Notes under the pieces: model-generated
Databases searched by the model: none
What the model was told of the DNA's origin: nothing
Seen by the model: the letters and a program-made list of their open reading frames with translations, nothing else
Shown here: one piece after another, positions 1-7,830 of the stretch
Layout of the letters: each line of letters begins with the position of its first letter
How positions within the stretch are numbered: the first letter of the stretch is position 1
IMG/VR virus record: IMGVR_UViG_3300007956_000005
Coordinates: 1-46,894 of that record
DNA: 46,894 bases
DNA from: a virus
Taxonomy: Duplodnaviria > Caudoviricetes
Reading direction: 5' to 3' (one strand)
Made by a program: the position numbers and the translations under genes

Positions 1-152
1 TCTGGATTAATAACGTCTAGAACATCTGCGGTAATATGACGATTTGAACCTTTTTCATCTGGTTTAATATCGCAACTAAAAGCATCATGGCCTTGAGCAA
101 TAAAAGCGTCCCTAACTGTACCGCTACATTCACAAGCAATTAATATTCTCAT
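1..152 (-). CDS. DNA cytosine methyltransferase-like protein, N-terminal part (runs off the window)
   Basis: Manual translation MRILIACECSGTVRDAFIAQGHDAFSCDIKPDEKGSNRHITADVLDVINP, a phage C5-MTase-like SAM-binding N-terminus; AAAGGA SD upstream; not in the ORF track. Confidence 0.7.
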   Translation of the reverse strand, partial: MRILIACECSGTVRDAFIAQGHDAFSCDIKPDEKGSNRHITADVLDVINP

Positions 153-314
153 TTTATGGTCCTTTTTAGCTAATAGGGGCAAGGTAAGCCCCCGCCCCAT
201 AACTAGTAACCACGATTCGCAACTTAGTAAAGTATTTTTCTAGGTTGTTAATTAAATACCATAGAAACAACCCAAAACCAAACCACGCAAAAACCAACTA
301 GATAATATATTGCG

Positions 315-590
315 CTAGGCATTGTTTACCCCGTCTATTGATTCCAGGTCATAGACCATATCAAAGGATTCATAGAATTCGTCAAAATCAATATGCATAA
401 TATGCTTTGATATTGAATTCTTGCGGGGCTTTTCATTGTAAAAGTAAACCGTAACGGATTCCCTTTTGTGGGATACCTTCAAAACCTTTGCATGGTCCCA
501 GCCAAACCAGTTATGGCACGGGGTTTTTTTGTTTGCTTTGTAATTTGCGCCCTTAAACATTTTTTGGCTCCCAGGTGTAATTGGTTGCAA
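315..590 (-). CDS. hypothetical early protein
   Basis: ORF co-directional with and overlapping the 553..879 gene; true start uncertain. Confidence 0.55.
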   Translation of the reverse strand: MQPITPGSQKMFKGANYKANKKTPCHNWFGWDHAKVLKVSHKRESVTVYFYNEKPRKNSISKHIMHIDFDEFYESFDMVYDLESIDGVNNA

Positions 591-879
591 TTACATGCCC
601 CCACGTCGGGGACTCTGGGTTTTCGTTTATTTGAGCAACATCCCAAAAAAGCCCCGCTTTATAATTTGCCCCTAATAGGATCTTATAAGCAACCAAAGCT
701 TGCAATTCAGATTCCCCCGTCCAATAGAACCAGGTTAACCCCTTCAAAGTTTTGCGCCCCCTTATCGGTTCCAAGCGCCACCGGGGAAAGCTTTCAGGAA
801 ACCAGGGCGCATTTTGCTTTATTTCGCTTCCAGTATTCCAAAGGGAGTCGAAGTCTTTTAATTCAAATTGAATCACCAT
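553..879 (-). CDS. hypothetical early protein
   Basis: 108 aa ORF coupled to the gp88-like gene by a TAATG overlap at 879. Confidence 0.65.
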   Translation of the reverse strand: MVIQFELKDFDSLWNTGSEIKQNAPWFPESFPRWRLEPIRGRKTLKGLTWFYWTGESELQALVAYKILLGANYKAGLFWDVAQINENPESPTWGHVIATNYTWEPKNV

Positions 880-1586
880 TACGCCGCCCCCTGCAATTCT
901 AAGGTTTCGGGGTTGTCTATAATAAAGGGACTCTTACTTGCCTGAGTTGCTTTGCCCCCCTTCAATTTGAGTCCTACTATAACGGGACCACTATATAGAT
1001 TCACCAGGTCCGATTTGTCCCCGTCTATCACTTGGCGTCCTAAATACGTTTTAGGCAATCCCCCACGAAATACCGCAGATATGGGAACGTTAGTTTTCAG
1101 CGCTCTTTTAACCTGGTTTTGGTAACCAGGGGCGGCGCTATATGAAAACATTAATTTATAGTTTTCTGGAGTCCGTCCCAATCTCGCCGCTAATTTTGTG
1201 TAGTCATATAGTAGAGCCTGGGGAAACATTTGCGGAATCCCGTATTTTTCCCAGGGAATATCTGAAATGGTATTCAGTCTAAACGCTGCAAGCTTCCCCC
1301 GTTTATTGCACCTGGTAATAAATGCGGCAATTTCTTTTATAAGCATTTTCAAAAACAATTCGGGGTTGCTATGCCATAAATCAGATTTTGATTGTCTGGC
1401 ATTTGCGACGGAATGCATTTGCCCACGCCCTGCAAAAACCAGGCAAGGATCTTTACATTCAGCGATGAGTTGAGAAGGGCAGATAATAGAGTCGGGCATT
1501 AAAGAAAGACTCGCAATTTCGTATTCCGTCCCTTTTTGGGTTTTCATGATTTTTGTATTGCTGGCATTTGTGTTTAACAATTTCAT
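879..1586 (-). CDS. Gene product 88 (GP88)-family protein with Cys cluster
   Basis: Motifs ICP-x5-C-x3-CL, GRG, FRLNTISDIPWE, YDYTK, IDGDKSDL, VGLKLKG; strong SD AAAAGGA. Confidence 0.7.
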   Translation of the reverse strand: MKLLNTNASNTKIMKTQKGTEYEIASLSLMPDSIICPSQLIAECKDPCLVFAGRGQMHSVANARQSKSDLWHSNPELFLKMLIKEIAAFITRCNKRGKLAAFRLNTISDIPWEKYGIPQMFPQALLYDYTKLAARLGRTPENYKLMFSYSAAPGYQNQVKRALKTNVPISAVFRGGLPKTYLGRQVIDGDKSDLVNLYSGPVIVGLKLKGGKATQASKSPFIIDNPETLELQGAA

Positions 1587-1646
1587 TTTTTTTTGGTCCT
1601 TTTGTTTAGCTAGTAAAAATCAGGTGGTTAAATCCTGATTCCTAAA

Positions 1647-1675
1647 TACCATAACAAAAAGATTCCCATTTGCCA
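1647..1675 (-). promoter_or_regulatory. leftward early promoter, weak -35 ATGGCA - N17 - TATGGT
   Basis: Spacing is correct; GANTC in the spacer; followed by a 5' hairpin (AATCAGG..CCTGATT) and the gp88 leader. Confidence 0.4.
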
Positions 1676-1806
1676 TAACTAAAACGAACCTAAAATTTTT
1701 ATTTATTAAAACATAGATTTTAGTATTTTCGGGCTATTTCAATATCTTACCAGGGGGGTAGATGTTAGCGATACCATGATCACCTAAGTAGCCCTTTAAT
1801 TATGAT

Positions 1807-1819
1807 TGACGTGCGAGTA
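1807..1819 (+). repeat. 13-bp direct repeat TGACGTGCGAGTA, copy 1
   Basis: Identical to 2064..2076; overlaps a TTGACG -35-like hexamer. Confidence 0.85.
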
Positions 1820-1864
1820 TTTTTTAAACTACAACTGATTCCACTGGAGCAGGAGAATCCCAAA

Positions 1865-2056
1865 ATGATACTAAACCCTGAAGTGGCAAAAGAGGTAGGC
1901 GAGGCAATTATAGATGCCTCAGAGCGAAGCACTGAAGATAGCAAAGACCACTATGTTGTCTACTTAGATGAATTAGGAAAGGCTGTCTGCATGGCTGTAG
2001 ACCCTGATGTCCATAGTTACGATTACAACATAATTGTTCATGTAACGTCGCCCTAA
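1865..2056 (+). CDS. small acidic hypothetical protein (63 aa, start MILNPEVA)
   Basis: GGAG SD upstream of ATG 1865 favours this start over 1802; has its own terminator. Confidence 0.65.
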   Translation: MILNPEVAKEVGEAIIDASERSTEDSKDHYVVYLDELGKAVCMAVDPDVHSYDYNIIVHVTSP

Positions 2057-2063
2057 ATACATC

Positions 2064-2076
2064 TGACGTGCGAGTA
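2064..2076 (+). repeat. 13-bp direct repeat TGACGTGCGAGTA, copy 2
   Basis: Identical to 1807..1819. Confidence 0.85.
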
Positions 2077-2081
2077 AAATC

Positions 2082-2106
2082 AGTCCCTTAGCGGGACTTT
2101 TTTTTT
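2082..2106 (+). terminator. rho-independent terminator
   Basis: AGTCCC-ttagc-GGGACT followed by a T-run. Confidence 0.85.
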
Positions 2107-2119
2107 GCCTACGCCCCAA

Positions 2120-2194
2120 ATAAAAACCCCCCAATCCGAAGACTAGGGGGTTATCACTACACAGTGAAGAGAGTGAGTTGGGAGGATACTCACA
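2120..2194 (-). ncRNA. candidate small RNA 1 (~75 nt) with anti-SD loop
   Basis: Promoter TTGCAC-N17-TATCTT (2200..2228, minus); hairpin GUGAGU-aUCCUCCCa-ACUCAC, hairpin UCACU..AGUGA, then a cUUCGg terminator with U-run (2122..2152); no ORF. Confidence 0.6.
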
Positions 2195-2199
2195 TCAAA

Positions 2200-2228
2200 A
2201 AGATAACGAATCACTTAACTAAGTGCAA
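2200..2228 (-). promoter_or_regulatory. sigma70 promoter of sRNA-1 with operator CACTTAACTAAGTG (2212..2225) and TGATTCG site
   Basis: TTGCAC-N17-TATCTT; perfect inverted repeat CACTTA-ac-TAAGTG. Confidence 0.6.
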
Positions 2229-2245
2229 GCTTTATTTTTTTGTTC

Positions 2246-2275
2246 TTGACTCCAACTAATACCCATAACTATGGT
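2246..2275 (+). promoter_or_regulatory. integrase promoter TTGACT-N18-TATGGT with operator CCCATAACTATGGT (2262..2275)
   Basis: Sigma70-like hexamers 33 nt upstream of the integrase start; the operator overlaps the -10. Confidence 0.6.
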
Positions 2276-2307
2276 TAGTCATCCGCATAACCACGGGAGG
2301 TTGTAGA

Positions 2308-3426
2308 ATGGGATCGATTAAATATTTGGAACGGCATCAGCTATCCACAGGTGAAATATCTTGGGGTGCAAACCCCTCAAAGGCTGTTAGAGAGGCCTTA
2401 CTAGTTAAGTACGAAAGCTATAAGGATAAAAAAGATGCCGTAGACCGCTGTATGGAGTGGGAGAAGGCATTTCTCGACTACAAACGAGGTATGGACAGGA
2501 AAAAACATATTAGCGAGAACTCTGTTAATGGTTTGGTTGCTGCCTATAAAAATACAAGCAATTGGGACCGTCTTTCGGTTAATAGTAAGAACACCTATAA
2601 TCAATTGATACATTCTGTGATGGAAACTCGCATTGGGCGGTCAAATATCACCTTTGGGCAGACCCTACATCACAATATTACGGTAAAAGTAGCTGAATCC
2701 TTACACAAGCAACTGTGTAATGACGTGAGTGAACATCGTGCCAACCATGTATGTAAAGTTTTACGGCGTGTGTGGTTCGTAGGATTCCGTTTAGGCCTTA
2801 CACGCTCCAATCCATTTTCTAAGATGGGTTTAGTAACACTGCCTTCCAGAGATGTGCGTTGGGAGAAGGGACACGTAGATATATTTGTGAAACAGGCTGA
2901 TAAAATGGGCCTCACATCTATCGGTACGTTAGCTTTAATGTGCTATCATCTATGCCAGCGTATTGGTGACATGAGGCAGATGCGCTGGGGTAATTATGAC
3001 TTACAAGGGGATGGTTTCTTCGACTTTGTACAAGAAAAGAGCCGTACAGTGCGTAAACCTCAAGGGAACCTGGTATCTGTACCTGTGTACGATGAAGTAC
3101 TCAAAGAACGCCTAGGCCGTCTTACCCGTGGTGGTAAGGATGATTTCATTATTCTCAATGAGCGTACTGGTAGGCCATACACACGGTGGGCTTATAAGGC
3201 TGTAGCAGAGGTACGTAAGGCCGCTGGTCTACCAGAAGAACTCAAGATCTCTGATCTTAGACGTACAGGGGCCACTGAGGCTGGCGAAGCTGGCCTGACA
3301 GAGGATGAGATCATGTCACTTACAGGACATACATCCCGTGAGGTTGTCAGTGTTTATGTAAAGAAAACCCGTAGGATGGCGTCCACCGCAGCAAGAAAGA
3401 GGCATGAAAATGAGCGATATCAATAA
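2308..3426 (+). CDS. int: tyrosine integrase
   Basis: Catalytic motifs QRIGD (R), EKS (K), DLRRT, TGH, VY; N-terminal arm and core-binding regions; GGGAGG SD. Confidence 0.92.
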   Translation: MGSIKYLERHQLSTGEISWGANPSKAVREALLVKYESYKDKKDAVDRCMEWEKAFLDYKRGMDRKKHISENSVNGLVAAYKNTSNWDRLSVNSKNTYNQLIHSVMETRIGRSNITFGQTLHHNITVKVAESLHKQLCNDVSEHRANHVCKVLRRVWFVGFRLGLTRSNPFSKMGLVTLPSRDVRWEKGHVDIFVKQADKMGLTSIGTLALMCYHLCQRIGDMRQMRWGNYDLQGDGFFDFVQEKSRTVRKPQGNLVSVPVYDEVLKERLGRLTRGGKDDFIILNERTGRPYTRWAYKAVAEVRKAAGLPEELKISDLRRTGATEAGEAGLTEDEIMSLTGHTSREVVSVYVKKTRRMASTAARKRHENERYQ

Positions 3427-3571
3427 GGCCAGGTCAGCATTTGAGCAGGAACTGAAGAAAATACTTGAGGCTGCGGGTGTGCCAGATGCCCCAGTTAACG
3501 GTTTGACCGAAAGGTTCATTGATTTTGTTTATGCTATTAGAGAGGAATTGAGGAAGACAGATGGACGGTAA
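3410..3571 (+). CDS. small hypothetical protein (53 aa, MSDINKARSAFEQ...)
   Basis: Manual translation; overlaps the integrase end; GAGG SD. Confidence 0.6.
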   Translation: MSDINKARSAFEQELKKILEAAGVPDAPVNGLTERFIDFVYAIREELRKTDGR

Positions 3572-3716
3572 GCTACCTGTAGATATTGAGCGCCATTTAG
3601 AGTCCTTGGGTATTCTGGCGAAGAACCCCCTTGATGAACACGAAGATAAACCTCACCCCAACGTATTTGAATTAACTAAGGTACAGTGGGATGAAAAGGG
3701 AGAACCCCATTGGTAG
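3561..3716 (+). CDS. small hypothetical protein (51 aa, MDGKLPVDIERHL...)
   Basis: Manual translation; fills the gap to thyX; GAGG SD. Confidence 0.6.
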   Translation: MDGKLPVDIERHLESLGILAKNPLDEHEDKPHPNVFELTKVQWDEKGEPHW

Positions 3717-4441
3717 AGATTTCAGCTAAACTTGTTGGCCTTACGCAACCCACTAACAATGTGGAAGCTAGCACCCCAGAGGAGTTGATATCGTACTCCG
3801 CTAGAGTATCAAACCCAGCTAACCAGAGTAATCACTCTAGCGCCCCAGGCCTACTTAACTACTGCATGAAGAATAAACACTGGTCTGTATTTGAGATGGC
3901 TAACGCTGTTGTAGAGGTTAAGGCTCCTAGGGATATAACCAGGCAGCTATTGCGTCACCGCAGTTTCAGTTTCCAAGAGTTCAGTCAGAGGTACTCTGAT
4001 GAAATACGGATGACTAATCGTGAGTATCGTAGGCAAGATAAAAAGAACCGCCAAAACTCCATCGATGATCTTAGTGAAGCAGTCACAAAAAAAGTAAATA
4101 ACAAACAGTTGCATGTCCGTGCGTTAACTTTCGATTCATATCACAAATTGCGAGAGTATGGTGTAGCCAAAGAGACGGCCCGTGCGCTGCTTCCAGAAGG
4201 GCTGACTATGTCTACCTTATACGTGAACGGCACACTACGGTCCTGGCTACATTACCTTGAGGTACGGGACGATGAGGGTGTAACTCAATGGGAGCATGTC
4301 CTTTTGGCTCGGAAGATTAAAGAGGTATTATCCCCTGCGTTCCCCATTATTATGGGTGGTAACACTCAGAAGAGTAATAACAGAGGTGAACATGCAGAAC
4401 AAAAAATACTGAGAGAAAGGATAAAGAATCAGTATGGTTAA
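3710..4441 (+). CDS. thyX: FAD-dependent thymidylate synthase
   Basis: Signature RHRSFSFQEFSQRY, HWSVFE, ARALLP, LRSWLHY; TTG start with GGGAG SD. Confidence 0.95.
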   Translation: MVEISAKLVGLTQPTNNVEASTPEELISYSARVSNPANQSNHSSAPGLLNYCMKNKHWSVFEMANAVVEVKAPRDITRQLLRHRSFSFQEFSQRYSDEIRMTNREYRRQDKKNRQNSIDDLSEAVTKKVNNKQLHVRALTFDSYHKLREYGVAKETARALLPEGLTMSTLYVNGTLRSWLHYLEVRDDEGVTQWEHVLLARKIKEVLSPAFPIIMGGNTQKSNNRGEHAEQKILRERIKNQYG

Positions 4442-4486
4442 GGGTGACCCGACCAATTATAACCAATCCAATCCAATGACCTGTGT

Positions 4487-4499
4487 TAAGTCATTGAAA
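4487..4499 (-). promoter_or_regulatory. IHF-like site, left att arm
   Basis: Reverse complement TTTCAATGACTTA has one mismatch to WATCAANNNNTTR. Confidence 0.45.
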
Positions 4500-4510
4500 T
4501 TGTTTAATTT

Positions 4511-4548
4511 TGGTTGCGGGGGTAGGATTTGAACCTACGACCTTCAGG
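4511..4548 (-). mobile_element. attP: attP core: 3' half of tRNA-fMet(CAT)
   Basis: Minus strand reads CCTGAAGGTCGTAGGTTCAAATCCTACCCCCGCAACCA (anticodon-stem 3' strand, T-arm, acceptor strand, CCA of alphaproteobacterial initiator tRNA); 5' half absent; AT-rich flanks. Confidence 0.85.
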
Positions 4549-4586
4549 GTCTGCGAAACTTATGTAAAAATAAATAGATACAGAGA

Positions 4587-4599
4587 TATCAATTAGTTA
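4587..4599 (+). promoter_or_regulatory. IHF site, right att arm
   Basis: TATCAATTAGTTA is an exact match to WATCAANNNNTTR. Confidence 0.55.
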
Positions 4600-4626
4600 G
4601 GCTACAACTTAATCACTTTGGTAAGG

Positions 4627-4668
4627 ACCATAATTAACTGTTGACTAATGAACCATTGACTGTATCCT
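4627..4668 (+). promoter_or_regulatory. primase promoter TTGACT-N16-TATCCT preceded by operator ACCATAATTAACTG
   Basis: Operator-like 14-mer at 4627..4640 abuts the -35 at 4641..4646. Confidence 0.5.
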
Positions 4669-4714
4669 ACGGATACCCCGTCCAGGGGTAACGTATATAT
4701 GGGAGTATATACAC

Positions 4715-5497
4715 ATGAATTTTAGTTACCGTGATCAATGGGAAATACTACAAGCAATAAATCTTACGGATGGTGAGCATAAAGCAATAGACTGCCCGTT
4801 CTGTGGTGGACGTAAGAAATTCAGTATTTCCAAGATAGATGGCAAGACTTTATGGAACTGTTATAGGGCTAGCTGTAACGCTAAAGGTGTGAACGCTGGC
4901 TCTAGATCCATAGAGGAAGCCAAAGCATATATGGCTGGTACAAACAAAACTAAGATAGAGCGTAAGACTACACCTCTACCTACAATGACTACGCCTATAA
5001 GAAACCACCCTAAATCAATAGAGTATCTTAAATCTGTTAACTCATATGAAGCCTACGAGAAGGGAAGTATCACGGTACGATACGCCCCTGGAGAAGATAG
5101 AGTCCTATTTTATACGAGAGATAAAGAAGGTGCTGTAGGACGTAACATGAAAGGGTACGGACCTAAGTGGTGGACCTATGGGGATACAACGTCAGGTATA
5201 CACGTTGGTACAGGATCTACAGCGGTACTTGTAGAGGATGTAGCTTCTGCTTGTGCAGTTTCACGGTGTAGTAACCTGGTAGGTGTAGCTTTGTTAGGAA
5301 CCAACCTAACTAAAAACCTTAGTAAATCCTTAAATGTGTATAAAAAACTTATTATTATTCTTGACAATGATGCAAAACAAAAGGCAATGTGCATGTTGCG
5401 AGGGTTAGATATGCCCTCAACAATGAGAATAACTAAGTCTGATCTAAAGACACTTAGTTTAAAAGATATTGAGAGGCTTATATACGATGTTACTTGA
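4715..5497 (+). CDS. DNA primase (Zn-finger + TOPRIM)
   Basis: CPFCGG...CYRASC Zn-binding domain; VLVED and LDND TOPRIM acidic motifs. Confidence 0.9.
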   Translation: MNFSYRDQWEILQAINLTDGEHKAIDCPFCGGRKKFSISKIDGKTLWNCYRASCNAKGVNAGSRSIEEAKAYMAGTNKTKIERKTTPLPTMTTPIRNHPKSIEYLKSVNSYEAYEKGSITVRYAPGEDRVLFYTRDKEGAVGRNMKGYGPKWWTYGDTTSGIHVGTGSTAVLVEDVASACAVSRCSNLVGVALLGTNLTKNLSKSLNVYKKLIIILDNDAKQKAMCMLRGLDMPSTMRITKSDLKTLSLKDIERLIYDVT

Positions 5498-5742
5498 TAA
5501 AATAGAAAACACAATTAGATCCGTATATGATTGGCCCTACTTGATTTCTGATACTCAGGCTAGACATATTAGGAATTCACGTAGATCTATAGATAAATCA
5601 GACCGTTACGGAATTAGCACTGCTACCGCAATGGGTACATATTTACTTCATCCACACCTTGGCCCGCCGACTTTTTAAGTCTAAAGGAGCCGTGCAGAAT
5701 ACTACTGCATTATTAACAACCTAAAATACTAAAAGGTGTACT

Positions 5743-5949
5743 ATGAAGTTACGAGCGCTAGTCCTCCTGGACTACGATTTACCAGATGCGGGATTAATTG
5801 AAGCTGCCGATCAACAAAGAGCGCTTCAAATTAAAATCGATGAGATCACTAAGGATAACCCTAACATTGTTTACAGTACTGTAGACATGCGTGAGCGCAG
5901 AGGTGACACACAGCCTGATCTGAAAAAAATGAAATTTCGTCAGACATAA
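5743..5949 (+). CDS. small hypothetical protein
   Basis: 68 aa ORF with AAGG SD and its own terminator. Confidence 0.7.
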   Translation: MKLRALVLLDYDLPDAGLIEAADQQRALQIKIDEITKDNPNIVYSTVDMRERRGDTQPDLKKMKFRQT

Positions 5950-5982
5950 GTATCTGAAACTAAACAATTAAAATATTTAAAT

Positions 5983-6012
5983 GGCCCTGGGTTTTATCTG
6001 GGGTCTTTTTTT
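5983..6012 (+). terminator. rho-independent terminator
   Basis: GGCCCTGGG-tttta-TCTGGGGTC followed by a T-run. Confidence 0.75.
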
Positions 6013-6015
6013 GTC

Positions 6016-6045
6016 TTGATTACCATTACAATGGTCTTTTATAAC
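6016..6045 (+). promoter_or_regulatory. helicase promoter TTGATT-N18-TATAAC with operator ACCATTACAATGGT (6022..6035)
   Basis: Perfect inverted repeat ACCATT-ac-AATGGT in the spacer. Confidence 0.65.
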
Positions 6046-6088
6046 GTGAGTGTAGCATCACGCTACTGCTAGCTAGAAAGGACCAATA

Positions 6089-7306
6089 ATGGATAAAGCA
6101 TTGTTGAAGACCTTATTGTCTTCAGAATTTTATCAAGCAAACAAAACAAAAATGAGGCAGTCGTTATTCACAGGTAACAATGCAGAGGTTTATAAAACCA
6201 TTGCTCAAGCACAGGACAAGTATGACCAAGATATAAGTACCAACGATATCTTAGCTATCTGGGCAACTAATCACCCTGTCGCAACAATCGCTGAAAAAGA
6301 AGATTTTGAAGACACTTTAACCGCAGTCAGAGAACAACAGTCTCTAACACCTGAAATAGCAAAGGATGTTATCGGGGATCTTTGGCGTAAGGAAACAGGT
6401 AGGGATATCACTACCCTGGGTATAAAGATAGCTGAAGGCCACGTTGAGGCAATGGCTACTCTAAAGAGCCTGTTGGAGCGTACCTCTGAAGATTACCTAC
6501 CTGATGACTATGGTCCTGCAACTACTGACGATCTGTATGAGTTACTGGCGCAAGCGAGTGATGAGTCTCGCTGGAAATTTAATATAAACCAGTTGTCACG
6601 TCATGTGTACGGTGTCGGTCCCACAGAGTTTATGATCATATTTGCAAGGCCTGAGACAGGTAAGTCGGCCTTAGCAGTCAGCCTATGTGCATCCCCTGAT
6701 GGTTTCTGTCAGCAAGGAGCAAAGGTTTTGTACATAGGTAACGAGGAAGCAACCCGCCGCACTAAGCTACGGGCAATACAATCCTTCACAGGTATGAGTA
6801 CTAGTGACATACAGGCCAATCCTGATCTAGCTTCTAGCCGATACTTAGCTATTCGTGATCGTTTGATTATGAAGGATGCCCAGGAGTGGGACATGACTAT
6901 GTTAGATGGTTATGTATCTCGTATTAAGCCTGATGTTTTAGTTATAGACCAATTGGACAAGGTCAATGTAGCGGGTCAGTTTGGTGGCACACACGAAAAG
7001 CTTCGTGAGATATACCGACAAGCACGGGAACTAGCCAAACGACACGAATGTGCAATCATTGCAGTATCCCAGGCGAGTGCTGAAGCAGAAGGACGTGTAC
7101 GTCTAGATTTCTCTATGATGGAGAACAGTAGAACAGGTAAGGCAGCGGAAGCTGATTTGATCTGTGGTGTAGGCAAATCATCTGGTGAAGATGATGATGG
7201 TCCTGATCCTACTAGGTTCTTACAAATATCTAAAAACAAATTGTCGGGGTGGCATGGTCAGGTGATCTGCAATCTACAAGCCGATATCACACGGTATGTA
7301 GACTGA
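6089..7306 (+). CDS. SF4 (DnaB-like) replicative helicase
   Basis: Walker A ARPETGKS, Walker B VLVIDQLD, VSQAS, KAAEAD, ISKNK. Confidence 0.92.
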   Translation: MDKALLKTLLSSEFYQANKTKMRQSLFTGNNAEVYKTIAQAQDKYDQDISTNDILAIWATNHPVATIAEKEDFEDTLTAVREQQSLTPEIAKDVIGDLWRKETGRDITTLGIKIAEGHVEAMATLKSLLERTSEDYLPDDYGPATTDDLYELLAQASDESRWKFNINQLSRHVYGVGPTEFMIIFARPETGKSALAVSLCASPDGFCQQGAKVLYIGNEEATRRTKLRAIQSFTGMSTSDIQANPDLASSRYLAIRDRLIMKDAQEWDMTMLDGYVSRIKPDVLVIDQLDKVNVAGQFGGTHEKLREIYRQARELAKRHECAIIAVSQASAEAEGRVRLDFSMMENSRTGKAAEADLICGVGKSSGEDDDGPDPTRFLQISKNKLSGWHGQVICNLQADITRYVD

Positions 7307-7830
7307 TGGGGAAACGATCTAGTTTTGAGAGAAAGCCCCGTGATTACTATAGAACTCCTGTAGAAGCAGTCGCACCTATTAGACCCTTCATCCAAGAGGT
7401 TCAGACGTTTTGTGAGCCGTGTGCGGGTGATGGGGCATTGATACGCAGTCTACTTACAATGGACCTAACGTGTGTCAGTGCATTCGATATAGATCCTCAG
7501 AAGATTGGCATCGATATACTGGATGCCACCCAGCTTGAGGAACATCATCTTAACAATGCAGATATTATTGTAACGAACCCGCCCTGGGAGCGTTCACTCC
7601 TACACTCGATGATCGAAAGGTTTTCAGACCTGCGGCCTACCTGGCTGCTATTTGATGCTGATTGGATTCACACAAAACAGGCCATCCCCTTCCTGCCACG
7701 GCTTAGAAAAATAGTAAGCATCGGGCGGGTAAAATGGTTCGATAAAACCGCAGGGAAAGACAATGCCTGTTGGTATCTTTTTGATCGTTATGACGAAAGT
7801 TATAACACTAAATTCTACGGGAGAACATGA
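7306..7830 (+). CDS. DNA N6-adenine/N4-cytosine methyltransferase
   Basis: DYYRTP, EPCAGDG (SAM binding), TNPPW (catalytic); ATG at 7306 overlaps the helicase TGA. Confidence 0.85.
   Translation: MGKRSSFERKPRDYYRTPVEAVAPIRPFIQEVQTFCEPCAGDGALIRSLLTMDLTCVSAFDIDPQKIGIDILDATQLEEHHLNNADIIVTNPPWERSLLHSMIERFSDLRPTWLLFDADWIHTKQAIPFLPRLRKIVSIGRVKWFDKTAGKDNACWYLFDRYDESYNTKFYGRT

Noticed and set aside
468-902. Plus-strand 144-aa ORF and other opposite-strand ORFs in the track
   Set aside because: Antisense to well-supported, translationally coupled genes; no SD or motifs
3240-3270. Integrase inactive because HxxR reads DLRR
   Set aside because: The first His is variable in tyrosine recombinases; R, K, R, H and Y are intact
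4470-4590. Complete tRNA-Met gene
   Set aside because: Similarity stops at the anticodon stem; no anticodon loop, D-arm or 5' acceptor strand, so it is an att core
5469-5678. 69-aa ORF after primase
   Set aside because: No clear SD and no recognisable motif; left uncalled, though a short peptide from ATG 5487 cannot be excluded
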